Positions 1-9,137 of a stretch of DNA of 64,000 nucleotides are shown in pieces. This DNA comes from a virus: positions 4,799-68,798 of the IMG/VR virus record IMGVR_UViG_3300028591_000173; one strand, given 5' to 3'. A model generated the notes under the pieces. That model saw only the letters and a list, made by a program, of their open reading frames with translations. It made no database searches and was not told the origin of the DNA. How positions within the stretch are numbered: the first letter of the stretch is position 1; every line of letters starts with the position of its first letter. The position numbers and the translations under genes were made by a program.

Positions 1-19
1 TAAGGGGAGGTGACGCCAT

Positions 20-1114
20 ATGCTCGCGACAAAGCCAGGCAATGGCGGCCACGGCCTGGAAGTATATAACGTCGAGGACGGCAAGTACGCCCAGGTGTCA
101 TGCTCATTCAACGGGCAGCAGATAGACACGTGGGAGCAGTACAGGGACGCCATCCTCGCAAGCAACCCACAGTGGAAAAGCGCCTACGACGGCGACAAGA
201 ACGTCGCCGATCAGTTCGACGCGATGGTTCAGGATCAGCTGTATCCCGAGCTCGTGCAGGGCGAGGTCGACAGGCTGAATATGGAAGGCGAAAGCCAGAT
301 CAGATTCAGCTCCCCCGACGAAGCGGCGCTGAACATGCACAAGCTGTTCGGAAGCAAGCTGGTCGACAATTTGCTCGCCAACAACATCCTGAACAGCGAG
401 ATGATCTCGGTCAACCCGTATAAACCTGACTACAAAGTCAGCGTTTTGGCCGCCTGCATCCAGATGAACAGATATCCGGGCAACAACCGCATGAAACCGA
501 TTACGGCAAGCGATTACAGAGATCGCGCGCGGAACTTCCCAAGCATGAGCCTCGATTACGGAAGCGATGAGGACGATCTGAGAAGGTATCTGTCCGACGC
601 GAAGGAAATCCCGGTGACGAGGAACATGGGCATCGCGAGCGAAGCGGTTTGGAAGGAAGTCAAGAGAAGTTTCTGGGATCAGAATTCCCAAATCAACTCG
701 ACCCTATCGCGCGTCGGCGGGAAGAACTGCTCCTATTTCGGCTCGGTTTGCTATATGGCCACCGGCGGCTACGAATACGACGAAGGCGCCGCCCATACCA
801 TCAAGGGCATCGTGAAGATGGATGGCGTCAAATACACCTTTTGCCCTTATTCCAACAGGGGCGACGACATAGACGCTTTCAGGCAGGCGTTCGAGAGAAA
901 CAAACCCGCGATCGTCGGCAATTTGATCGGCAAACTGACCGAAGGCGGGAAAATGAGCGCGAGCCAGGCAGGGCAGATATGCGCTTCTTTGGAAAGGCAG
1001 ATCTCAAAAGACTGCGGCTTGTGCGCGATGATCATGGGTTTTGACGCGATAGCCGGCGAAGGATACCAATTCGATATCATAAACCCGAATATCGTCGACG
1101 TCGTTTACGATTAG
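20..1114 (+). CDS. hypothetical protein, candidate virion/ejected protein; N-terminal ATKPGNGG...GKY leader shared with the 1340..2362 product
   Basis: 364-aa ORF; SD aaggggagg 7 nt upstream; N-terminal 25 aa align with the next-but-one gene. Confidence 0.6.
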   Translation: MLATKPGNGGHGLEVYNVEDGKYAQVSCSFNGQQIDTWEQYRDAILASNPQWKSAYDGDKNVADQFDAMVQDQLYPELVQGEVDRLNMEGESQIRFSSPDEAALNMHKLFGSKLVDNLLANNILNSEMISVNPYKPDYKVSVLAACIQMNRYPGNNRMKPITASDYRDRARNFPSMSLDYGSDEDDLRRYLSDAKEIPVTRNMGIASEAVWKEVKRSFWDQNSQINSTLSRVGGKNCSYFGSVCYMATGGYEYDEGAAHTIKGIVKMDGVKYTFCPYSNRGDDIDAFRQAFERNKPAIVGNLIGKLTEGGKMSASQAGQICASLERQISKDCGLCAMIMGFDAIAGEGYQFDIINPNIVDVVYD

Positions 1115-1128
1115 CGGAGGCTGCGAGA

Positions 1129-1350
1129 ATGTTTGACGAACTGAAAAGAAGAACAATGGAACGCTTCCACATGACGGAAGAGGAATATTGGGAGAACATA
1201 GACATCTATAGGGACAATGTTTTGACGACCCATAAGATCCTGGATGAGATAGCCCAATACCTCGAAACCCACGACCCCAACGTTCTGAGCATCGAGGCGG
1301 AGAACAAAATAGCGAGGGATATGTTCGGAGGCTACAAATATGGCAACTAA
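1129..1350 (+). CDS. small hypothetical protein (73 aa)
   Basis: ORF with GGAGG upstream; stop overlaps next start. Confidence 0.45.
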   Translation: MFDELKRRTMERFHMTEEEYWENIDIYRDNVLTTHKILDEIAQYLETHDPNVLSIEAENKIARDMFGGYKYGN

Positions 1351-2362
1351 ACCAGGCGGCGGGAACCAGCAGGAAAGCTATGACCCGAATACCGGCAAAT
1401 ACGTCGCCAGCGGCGGCGAGGGCTACCAAGACGACAAGACCGGGCTCAAGAAATACCACAGCGGGTCGATGAAGTCCACCCAGGACATAATCGACGCGAT
1501 AACCAGCGGCGCCTACGGGCAGGATTTTTCCGATTACTATAACCAAGCGGACCCGCAGACCAGGCAGGAGATGATAGACTACGTCCATTCCGAGATGGAC
1601 AGCGCGAACACCCAAGGCGAGATCTCCCAAAGGTTCACGCCGATGGACTACAACGAATACAGGGACTTCCAGCGCCAGGCGATGGCCAGCTCAGGGCTCA
1701 CCCCGCAGGACTGGAGCGTCATAGACCATTACATCGGCACCGGATCGACCTCCTTCTACCTCAACACCGCGATGCGCCTCGGGTACGACGAGATGCTCAA
1801 GCAGTTCAAAGCCGTGAAGGGGTATGACCCGAACACGAACCCAGGCGATTACCTCTCCAGGGCGAACGTCGAGCTTTTCAGAAAGACGATGGAGAAGGCC
1901 ACGCATTCGTGCCACGCCCCGAGGAACATGCAGGTCGACAGGTACATCGGCACCGGCCCTCTCGTATCGTGGCTCAAGAACACGGGCGTCCTGGACGGCC
2001 TCCCGACCGAGAACAACGGCTGGCACGACAGGCTCGTGAAGGGCACGTACACCATGGACGACCTGGCCAACAGGCTGACGGCCCTCATCGGATCGGTGAT
2101 GCCGAAGGACGGGTCGTTCCTCAGCTTCTCCGCCTGCCCGAACCTGTCCCACATGAAAGGGAAGGTCGGGGCGACCAAGAAGGACATACTCATAAGGATA
2201 GACGTCCCGCAGGGGCAGGACATGCTCATCACGAGGAACACCCACGAGAGCGAGGGGATGTTCCCGAACGACATAGATTTCTTCGTGAAGGACGTCAAGG
2301 TCGAGCGCGACGGCGGGATCGGCACGGAAAGGGTGGTATTGTACTATGGAATCAGGAAATAA
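1340..2362 (+). CDS. putative ADP-ribosyltransferase-like protein (R ... S-x-S ... E-x-E motif order), with shared N-terminal leader
   Basis: 340-aa ORF; motifs DRYIGTG / FLSFSAC / HESEGMF in the order and spacing of R-S-E ARTs; internal YIGTG duplication. Confidence 0.5.
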   Translation: MATKPGGGNQQESYDPNTGKYVASGGEGYQDDKTGLKKYHSGSMKSTQDIIDAITSGAYGQDFSDYYNQADPQTRQEMIDYVHSEMDSANTQGEISQRFTPMDYNEYRDFQRQAMASSGLTPQDWSVIDHYIGTGSTSFYLNTAMRLGYDEMLKQFKAVKGYDPNTNPGDYLSRANVELFRKTMEKATHSCHAPRNMQVDRYIGTGPLVSWLKNTGVLDGLPTENNGWHDRLVKGTYTMDDLANRLTALIGSVMPKDGSFLSFSACPNLSHMKGKVGATKKDILIRIDVPQGQDMLITRNTHESEGMFPNDIDFFVKDVKVERDGGIGTERVVLYYGIRK

Positions 2363-2600
2363 CAGATACACCGAGAACATCGAGGGCGTCGACGGCGAGA
2401 TGGTCGGGAGGAAGATGATCGTCCCGAACTGCGCCAAGTGCGTGCATTCCGACGGGCTCAGGTGCGCCAAGATGAACGCGGCGAAGAACGATCTCGCCGA
2501 CCACGGGGTGGATATCTTCCATTGCCCGAGCTTCGAGGCCAAAAAAGACAAGCCGATGGTCGAGAGGGTGAAGACCATGGGCTTCTCATCGGGGGAATGA
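2346..2600 (+). CDS. small Cys-containing hypothetical protein
   Basis: 84-aa ORF overlapping upstream stop; CxxC...C...C. Confidence 0.4.
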   Translation: MESGNNRYTENIEGVDGEMVGRKMIVPNCAKCVHSDGLRCAKMNAAKNDLADHGVDIFHCPSFEAKKDKPMVERVKTMGFSSGE

Positions 2601-2705
2601 CGATGGGAAACGGGCAGACGATAGCAGGGGCGTCAAGATGCTCGACGAGAAAGGCTGATAAGCCTTTCAAAGCGAGATCGTTTACAAAAAAGTCAAAGAA
2701 ACATA

Positions 2706-2734
2706 TTGACAAATGATATTTCTAAGAGGATAAT
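2706..2734 (+). promoter_or_regulatory. sigma70-like promoter TTGACA-N17-GATAAT
   Basis: hexamers at 2706-2711 and 2729-2734; 150-bp intergenic region; SD+ATG at 2755. Confidence 0.55.
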
Positions 2735-2754
2735 TTCCTCGAAAGGAGCGCAAA

Positions 2755-3624
2755 ATGAACGAGAATCATTACCCAAAAGGAAGCTCAAAAGGCGGCCAAT
2801 TCGCGCCTAAAGACGGCGCCGCCGTCGCCAACGCGATGGGCCTCAGCGAGGCCGACCTGTCCTTTGACGTGCGGAAACAAGGGGAGATGGATTCCCGATA
2901 CGTGAAAGACTCGCTCCCGCCTTTGGCCTCCTATCCGCCTGAGATCAGGCAGACGGCGTCTGCCCTCCATGAGCAGTCGCTGGCCAACGAGGCCCCGATC
3001 ACCGAGGATATGAGAGGCATATCGAAGCTGATCGGCGGCGATATGGTCGGCCTTGACCATGTCGTGAAAAGCCCGGACAGCATCGCCCACAAGCTGCAGG
3101 AGAACATGGAATACTATGGGAACACCGCGCAGGAAGCCGTGGAGTGGTGCGACGACCTCATAAGGTACACCATCCTGTTCAACCCTGACGAGTTCGCCGG
3201 GAGCACCAACGATTTCATCGAGGCGCTGATGTCCCGCGGATACAAGGTCAGATACCTTCAGAACAGGTATCTCGCGTCCAAAAACGGCATGATGCAGGAA
3301 GGCTATAAGGACATAGGGCTGAAGCTCGTGTCCCCGAACGGCCACAAAGTCGAGGTTCAGTTCATGCTCCCGAAGATGTACGCGGCCAAGAACGGCCTGT
3401 CCATCGACGAGCATGGGAATTTCTTCCAAAGGGCGGACGGGATCATGTCGGGGCATGACTACTACGACATGCAGAAACAAGCCAAGATCGGCGACCTTCC
3501 CGACGATGAGAAGCAGGAAAGGCTGCGCTACCTCGATTACATGAACAGGACCATCTACAAAGACGTCGAGATACCCAACGGCGTCGAGAACATAAGGAGA
3601 GAGAATTACTATGGAAGAGAATGA
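2755..3624 (+). CDS. hypothetical protein (289 aa)
   Basis: ORF with SD aaaggag. Confidence 0.6.
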   Translation: MNENHYPKGSSKGGQFAPKDGAAVANAMGLSEADLSFDVRKQGEMDSRYVKDSLPPLASYPPEIRQTASALHEQSLANEAPITEDMRGISKLIGGDMVGLDHVVKSPDSIAHKLQENMEYYGNTAQEAVEWCDDLIRYTILFNPDEFAGSTNDFIEALMSRGYKVRYLQNRYLASKNGMMQEGYKDIGLKLVSPNGHKVEVQFMLPKMYAAKNGLSIDEHGNFFQRADGIMSGHDYYDMQKQAKIGDLPDDEKQERLRYLDYMNRTIYKDVEIPNGVENIRRENYYGRE

Positions 3625-3832
3625 GACCTATTGCCGCTTCGGCAACACGCTATTCAAGACCGATGCGGACGGAAACGACTTCTGGGTCAACCAGAAGTTC
3701 CACGACTCATGGCAGAGAGTGGAATTCGAGCGCGGGCCGCACCCAAGCGCAGGATATCCCATCCTCGACAGGGACGAGGCCCTCGAGTTCGCGAAAGGGC
3801 TCGGCATGAGCGAGGAGGCCTTCGGGGCATAA
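3611..3832 (+). CDS. small hypothetical protein
   Basis: 73-aa ORF, ATGA-type overlap. Confidence 0.45.
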   Translation: MEENETYCRFGNTLFKTDADGNDFWVNQKFHDSWQRVEFERGPHPSAGYPILDRDEALEFAKGLGMSEEAFGA

Positions 3833-3834
3833 GC

Positions 3835-4293
3835 ATGGCCGACGACAGAAACAAAAGATACATAGACGGCTACGACAGCGTCTACAAAGACGTCAGGGAA
3901 GGGCTCAAGAGAGGCGAGAAGAACGGCCACTGGATGTGGTTCATATTCCCGCAGGTGAAAGGGCTCGGCAAATCCCCGGTATCCGATTTCTACGCATTCG
4001 ACGGGATTGGGGACGCCAAGGCGTTCTACGCCAACTGGGGGCTCAGAAGGAGGCTCGTCAGCCTTTTCAGGATAGTCAACTCCTTCCCGGACAAGGCCTA
4101 TCTGACGAAATGCTTCGGCGAGACCGACTCCAAGAAGTTCCATTCGTGCGCGACCATATTCTATCTGGCCACCGGAAAACGCGTTTTCCGCAATTCGCTG
4201 GACAGGTTCTTCGGCGGGGCTTTGGACATAAAGACCGTGGACATACTCAGGGCGAGAAGCGAGTATAAGCCGGACGCTTTACCAAAGCGATAG
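3835..4293 (+). CDS. DUF1810-like small protein (motif HWMWFIFPQ); start trimmed to internal ATG
   Basis: ORF track 3631..4293; upstream part overlaps the preceding gene; ATG at 3835 follows stop 3830-3832. Confidence 0.5.
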   Translation: MADDRNKRYIDGYDSVYKDVREGLKRGEKNGHWMWFIFPQVKGLGKSPVSDFYAFDGIGDAKAFYANWGLRRRLVSLFRIVNSFPDKAYLTKCFGETDSKKFHSCATIFYLATGKRVFRNSLDRFFGGALDIKTVDILRARSEYKPDALPKR

Positions 4294-4318
4294 GCTTTGC
4301 TATCATTGTAAAGAGGTA

Positions 4319-4789
4319 ATGAAAATGAAGAAAGTTTTCGTAAGCATCCCATTGAAAGGGCGCTCGAAAGAGCAGATCCAGGACTCCCTGGACAAAATAA
4401 AAGCCGCGGTCGAAGGCCTTTTGGACGCGAAGGTCGAGATACTCCACCAGAAAGTCGAGGATCTCCCGGACTTCACCAAAGAGGACTCAGACGACAGCAT
4501 CGAGTTCATCGGCGAGGATCTCAAGCTGATGTCCGAGGCTGACTATTTCGCCACGGTCGAGCACAACTACGACTACAGGCATTGCTCCCTTGAGGAGGAC
4601 ATCTTCAGGAGATACAAAGACGACGAGTTCGGCAAGAACGACAAGATGTTCAGATTCTCCCTGAACATCATAGCCCCGGACGTCATCAAGAAGGAGAGAG
4701 AGCAGGCGGAGAAGCTCTGGAAGATGGAGTTCAAGGACTCCGGCTGCGAGGTCAGGGAAGACATCTCCGAGATGAACAACCGCGACTGA
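4319..4789 (+). CDS. hypothetical protein
   Basis: 156-aa ORF, SD gagg. Confidence 0.55.
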   Translation: MKMKKVFVSIPLKGRSKEQIQDSLDKIKAAVEGLLDAKVEILHQKVEDLPDFTKEDSDDSIEFIGEDLKLMSEADYFATVEHNYDYRHCSLEEDIFRRYKDDEFGKNDKMFRFSLNIIAPDVIKKEREQAEKLWKMEFKDSGCEVREDISEMNNRD

Positions 4790-4808
4790 CCATAGGGGGT
4801 AACCGAAG

Positions 4809-5522
4809 ATGGCATACATACCTTTCGACAAGATGAAATCCTTGCGTGAGGCCGCCAAGAAAGGCGACGAGCGCGCCAAGAAGATCCTGATCATGCAGAT
4901 GGACGGGACCGATTTCGGCCCATCCCTCGAGGAGTATTTCACCTCCCCTCAGCCCCAAGGGCAACCGAAGCCGCAACCAGCGGCCTCCCCGACGCCTGGG
5001 CACAAGATAGACGACCCGAAGCTCGCCAAATTCCTTGAGTACAACGGCGTGAGCGAGGGCGACCCGGACTACGAATCCACGATAGAGGCGTATTACCAGG
5101 AATTCCCGAAGGCCAGGCCGGCCGAGATGAAGGCGACCGAGAGCCATTCCGACCCAGGCGACGACGGGATAAACATCCCGAGCACCCCGGGCGACAGCGA
5201 GTCCATCTACGGCGACGAGGATGAGGACGACGCGCCTCAGGCCGCGACGGAGCAGAAGGACTGCATCGACTCCCTGATAGACAGCGAGTACGAGGCCATC
5301 AAGGAATACAACGAGGCCATATCCGATGTGATGAGAATGGACCTCGGCGACGCCGTCAAAAGAGGCATGATCGCCGACCTTGAGGAGATCCGCAAGGACG
5401 AGATGGAGCACGTCGACAAGCTCAAGAGGATGAAGGAATCCGTCAATAAGAAGGAAGAGAAGGCCGAAGAGGCCGCCCAGCCTTCCGAAAACATGCAGGA
5501 AACGCCACAAACCATCGAATGA
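4809..5522 (+). CDS. acidic low-complexity protein (Pro/Gln-rich linker, Asp/Glu-rich C-terminus)
   Basis: 237-aa ORF. Confidence 0.55.
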   Translation: MAYIPFDKMKSLREAAKKGDERAKKILIMQMDGTDFGPSLEEYFTSPQPQGQPKPQPAASPTPGHKIDDPKLAKFLEYNGVSEGDPDYESTIEAYYQEFPKARPAEMKATESHSDPGDDGINIPSTPGDSESIYGDEDEDDAPQAATEQKDCIDSLIDSEYEAIKEYNEAISDVMRMDLGDAVKRGMIADLEEIRKDEMEHVDKLKRMKESVNKKEEKAEEAAQPSENMQETPQTIE

Positions 5523-5534
5523 AAACCTTTTTTC

Positions 5535-5564
5535 TTGAAACATGTATGAAAAAAGCCTTAAAAT
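5535..5564 (+). promoter_or_regulatory. sigma70-like promoter TTGAAA-N18-TAAAAT
   Basis: hexamers 5535-5540 / 5559-5564 in intergenic region. Confidence 0.45.
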
Positions 5565-5614
5565 AGGGATGGTAAGGTAAGTTCCTACTTTACTGCGTTC
5601 TTTCTGTGGAAGGG

Positions 5615-5648
5615 CAAGGCGCTTTGCGCTTTGTCTTTTCTTTTTTTC
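5615..5648 (+). terminator. intrinsic terminator-like hairpin CAAGGCGC-TTT-GCGCTTTG + TCTTTTCTTTTTTTC
   Basis: 8-bp stem (one G:U) followed by T-rich tract. Confidence 0.45.
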
Positions 5649-5691
5649 ATTTTCATATTAAAATGAGGTCAAATGTAGCGGAGTGAGGAAT

Positions 5692-5952
5692 ATGAAGGTC
5701 GCATTGGATATCCGTAATATGTCGAAGCTGGTCAAGCCGTCCAGCAACGACGTCATCGTCTATGACGGCAAAGAATGGTATGTCACCACGAAAGAGGACA
5801 TACTCAAGGAAGCCAACGACCTGCTTTCCGAATGCAGGACGGAGCTTGCCAACGAGAAAGAGGCGAACCGCAGGTTCAGGGAACAGGTTTCCCAGGACAT
5901 GTCGGAGCTTACTGGCATGGTCAGATCGCTGCTTTCGCTAAAAGGAGAATGA
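5692..5952 (+). CDS. hypothetical protein; start moved to ATG 5692 (track start 5683 is GTG)
   Basis: SD GGAG/GAGG upstream of ATG 5692. Confidence 0.5.
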   Translation: MKVALDIRNMSKLVKPSSNDVIVYDGKEWYVTTKEDILKEANDLLSECRTELANEKEANRRFREQVSQDMSELTGMVRSLLSLKGE

Positions 5953-5954
5953 GA

Positions 5955-6953
5955 ATGAGAAGCGTTTCCAAGATTTTTCTGGCGACTCTGGGCCTGTTCG
6001 CCATAACGGGTTTCTCCGGAACCCCGAGCAAAGCGGGGGCCGAGCCGTTCATAGAGGCCCCGATGAGGCTGGAAGACCCGATCGATTCCGCGAGCGAGGC
6101 CATCAGCGAGCCTGAGCCGGCCGTTTCCTCCGAGGAAGAGCAGAAGCCTTGCAAGGTCACCATAGAGAAGGCCGAGCACGGGACGGTCAAAACGGACATC
6201 CTCGAGGGCGAGATCGGCGACATAGTCACCGTCACCGCCAAGCACGACCTGCTCTACACGGTCGATTTCGTCGCCGTGAACGGGGTCAGCCTGATCGAGG
6301 ACGAGGACATAAGCGGCAGATACCAGTTCGCGCTCGCCGAGGGCGAGAACGTCATAACCGCGAGATTCGTCGTGGACGAAGAGCTCTGCGGGGCCATGAC
6401 CGAGATAGTCAAGGAAGCCTCGGAGGGCGACTGGGAGAGCCTGTTCACCGTCGAGAACCTCCTGACCGTCATCAAATGGATCATGGACGGAGGCATCCTT
6501 GTCGCGATGGTCGCTTACTTCATAAAGGACAAGAAACTCGCCACCAAGATCGAGAAAGCCGTGACGGAGAAAGTGTCCAAAGCCGTCCCGGACGCCACGA
6601 AGCAGGCCGTTTTGGCTGAGACCAAGACCCTCATCGAGCCTATGTTCTCCCAATACATCCAAGACAGCGCGCTCGCCAGGCAGCTCATGTGCATCGTAGT
6701 CAAATGCATGGTCCTCATGCAGCAGAACACCCCTGAGGCGAAAGTCGCCATACTGAACGAGTTCGAGAAGCTCAAAGGCATCGTCGACCTGGATTCCATA
6801 GCGAACGTCAAGAAGTTCATAGAGGAAACCGTCGAGAAGCAGGCCAAAGCCTATCAGGACACGATCAAGAGGCTCAACAACATAGAGGCCCGCCATCAGG
6901 AAGCCGCAGCACCGGCCGAGGATGAGCCGAAGGACAACGGCACCCAGATCTGA
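5955..6953 (+). CDS. secreted/membrane protein: N-terminal signal peptide (MRSVSKIFLATLGLFAITGFSG), Ig-like beta domain, C-terminal TM helix
   Basis: track ORF 5775..6953 trimmed to ATG 5955 (SD AAAGGAG 7 nt upstream); the opposite-strand ORF 5760..6896 was rejected. Confidence 0.6.
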   Translation: MRSVSKIFLATLGLFAITGFSGTPSKAGAEPFIEAPMRLEDPIDSASEAISEPEPAVSSEEEQKPCKVTIEKAEHGTVKTDILEGEIGDIVTVTAKHDLLYTVDFVAVNGVSLIEDEDISGRYQFALAEGENVITARFVVDEELCGAMTEIVKEASEGDWESLFTVENLLTVIKWIMDGGILVAMVAYFIKDKKLATKIEKAVTEKVSKAVPDATKQAVLAETKTLIEPMFSQYIQDSALARQLMCIVVKCMVLMQQNTPEAKVAILNEFEKLKGIVDLDSIANVKKFIEETVEKQAKAYQDTIKRLNNIEARHQEAAAPAEDEPKDNGTQI

Positions 6954-6979
6954 TAAGGCACAGGAAGAAAGGACGCAAA

Positions 6980-7189
6980 ATGAACAAAAGAAACAAAATC
7001 ATCATCATAATGTCGATCGTATTCATCGTGTTGGCCATAGCCTTCCTCATAACGGGGTTCGCCTTGGCCGGCAACGATGTTCTCGCGTGGTTCGGCTCGA
7101 AATACGCGATGCTGTTCTACATAGTCTTCGGGGTCTATTTCCTCGTCATAATGTACTTCGTCGTAACGGATAGGATAAAGAAGATATGA
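6980..7189 (+). CDS. small membrane protein (2 TM)
   Basis: 69-aa hydrophobic ORF. Confidence 0.5.
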   Translation: MNKRNKIIIIMSIVFIVLAIAFLITGFALAGNDVLAWFGSKYAMLFYIVFGVYFLVIMYFVVTDRIKKI

Positions 7190-8172
7190 GCGCGGAGAGA
7201 GAAGAGAAGAGAAACCCCCTGAACCGAAAGGTTCTTCTCGGGGTGTCGGCGCTTGCCATCGGCGTCGCGCTGATAGCGGTATGCTCGTTCGTGCCGTTCA
7301 TAATCGACCCAAGCAGATGGATGACGGTCGAGTTCCTCACCGACGAGCTGATAATGGTCGCGATAGTCATATTCGCGATGATATCGGCCATGTTCATCGG
7401 GGAGGCGAGCAACGCGCAGGACGAGAGAAGCGCGCTGTCGAAGGCCAGGGTCGAGTTCTTCGGCTCGGTCAAGCCGATAAAAGACAGCATAAACTCCTTC
7501 TCCCAATGGGTGAAGAAAGTGCTCCAGCCAAGGGACATCCTCAGCATGAAGCAGAGGATAATGCGCCAGGCCGGGATAACCGATTACAGCATCCTCGACC
7601 TCGAGGACAGCGAGATCAAGGCGCTCGTCAAGCCGCAGAAATACGGCGACCGCTACTACAAGAGCATCACAAAAGACCAGATCAAGGTCGTCATCGACAT
7701 AAAACACGGGAAGTACAGGGTCAAGCCGGTCGAGCCGGGATACTACCTTTCCGCGAAGAACCTCGTCGACCCGAGGACCATAACCGAGAGATCCGGTCAG
7801 GAAGGCTGGAAAAAAGGCCTCTACCTCTTCAAGGAGGTTTTCTCGAGGATAATGTTCACGGTCATATCGGCGATGATATTCGCCTCCCTCATGAGGGACC
7901 TGACCGCCGAGGATGCCGACGTGGCCGCCGCATGGATCAAATTCATCTCAAGGCTCTGGGCGATGGTATCCAGCGCGTTCATGGGCTACATAACCGGGAC
8001 CAAGGTCAACGACATCGACGCCGAGTACATCGAGATGCGCGTGGCCGTCCACAAGATGTTCTTGCAGGACAAGGACTTCAAGCCGCTGGATGAGCAGGAA
8101 GAGGCCAAGCAGCAGTTCATAGACAGGGTCAAAGAGGAGAACGTCCTCATGATAGAAGACAGGAAGGAGTGA
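7186..8172 (+). CDS. membrane protein (N-terminal TM pair + later TM)
   Basis: 328-aa ORF, ATGA overlap. Confidence 0.6.
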   Translation: MSAEREEKRNPLNRKVLLGVSALAIGVALIAVCSFVPFIIDPSRWMTVEFLTDELIMVAIVIFAMISAMFIGEASNAQDERSALSKARVEFFGSVKPIKDSINSFSQWVKKVLQPRDILSMKQRIMRQAGITDYSILDLEDSEIKALVKPQKYGDRYYKSITKDQIKVVIDIKHGKYRVKPVEPGYYLSAKNLVDPRTITERSGQEGWKKGLYLFKEVFSRIMFTVISAMIFASLMRDLTAEDADVAAAWIKFISRLWAMVSSAFMGYITGTKVNDIDAEYIEMRVAVHKMFLQDKDFKPLDEQEEAKQQFIDRVKEENVLMIEDRKE

Positions 8173-8178
8173 CGGACA

Positions 8179-8721
8179 ATGGCAGAGGAAGAGAGAACAG
8201 AGAACGCCGGGAAAGAGGAAAAGAAGACGCTTTCGGGCTGGCTTGACGACCATCCGAAGTCGGTTTTCGCGACCAGGCTGGTTCTTTGGACCGTCTTCTC
8301 AGCCGTCCTCCCGTTCGCGTTCATAGCGTGGAGATACGGGATATTCACATCCGAATGCAAGATCAAGCTGACCGGGTGGGGATTCATAGCGATAGTCATC
8401 GCCATCGTGTTCCTGTCCACTTTGGTCGGATACCTTTACAAGCTCCTCAAGCCGGGCCTGGTCAAGCAGTGCATAACCGGGCTCCTGAGGATAACCCTCC
8501 CGCTCGTCGTGCTCACCCTTCTGGTGCACAGCATAGCCAACAGCATCAGGCTGTTCGAGCAGGCGCTCATATGCGTCACCGTGTGCGAGACCGTGGGGAT
8601 ACCGATCAACCCGTTCCCTGAGCTGATAGCGAAGGTCCAGAAAGAGGACGAGAACACGAAGGTGGAGACCACGATGGATCTCCTCTGGGACAAGTTCTTC
8701 AAGAGAAAGAAGGACGAATAG
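8179..8721 (+). CDS. polytopic membrane protein
   Basis: 180-aa ORF, 4 predicted TM. Confidence 0.6.
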   Translation: MAEEERTENAGKEEKKTLSGWLDDHPKSVFATRLVLWTVFSAVLPFAFIAWRYGIFTSECKIKLTGWGFIAIVIAIVFLSTLVGYLYKLLKPGLVKQCITGLLRITLPLVVLTLLVHSIANSIRLFEQALICVTVCETVGIPINPFPELIAKVQKEDENTKVETTMDLLWDKFFKRKKDE

Positions 8722-8723
8722 CC

Positions 8724-9131
8724 ATGCCGAGGATAAGCGACGACGACCTCAAAAGGCTCGCGGCCATCATCGAGCGGAAGATCATGGAGGAGTTCGGCGA
8801 CAGGCATCTGTCCGGCAACCTCATGAGCACGCTTGAGGTGACCTACGGGGCAGGGACGGTCGCGATATCCATACCGGCCGAGGTGTATAACTTCTACGAA
8901 TTCTTCAAGACCGGCGCGATAGTGCCGAGGGGGAAAGGGAGCTACGCCTCATCCCTGGACATAAGGGGAAGCGAGTACGTCGTCTATGACGACAAAGGAA
9001 AAAGGACGTTCAAAAGGCCGCGCAACCACGTGGGCTACGTCAACAGGATAATAAACGACTCGATCGCGGAATGGACCGCGTCGATGTCGGACCGATACGA
9101 ACAGATTTCGAAGACAGACACAGGAGAGTGA
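8724..9131 (+). CDS. hypothetical protein (tail module)
   Basis: 135-aa ORF. Confidence 0.55.
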   Translation: MPRISDDDLKRLAAIIERKIMEEFGDRHLSGNLMSTLEVTYGAGTVAISIPAEVYNFYEFFKTGAIVPRGKGSYASSLDIRGSEYVVYDDKGKRTFKRPRNHVGYVNRIINDSIAEWTASMSDRYEQISKTDTGE

Positions 9132-9137
9132 TGAGAG

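Noticed and set aside
100-1044. Arg-rich + strand ORFs 100..423 and 649..1044 and similar poly-R/Q ORFs throughout
   Set aside because: They are alternative frames of real genes in GC-rich DNA with no translation signals.
3631-4293. Upstream extension of ORF 3631..4293 (68 extra Arg-rich residues)
   Set aside because: It overlaps the 3611..3832 gene in another frame and is compositionally non-proteinlike. A clean ATG at 3835 follows the upstream stop.
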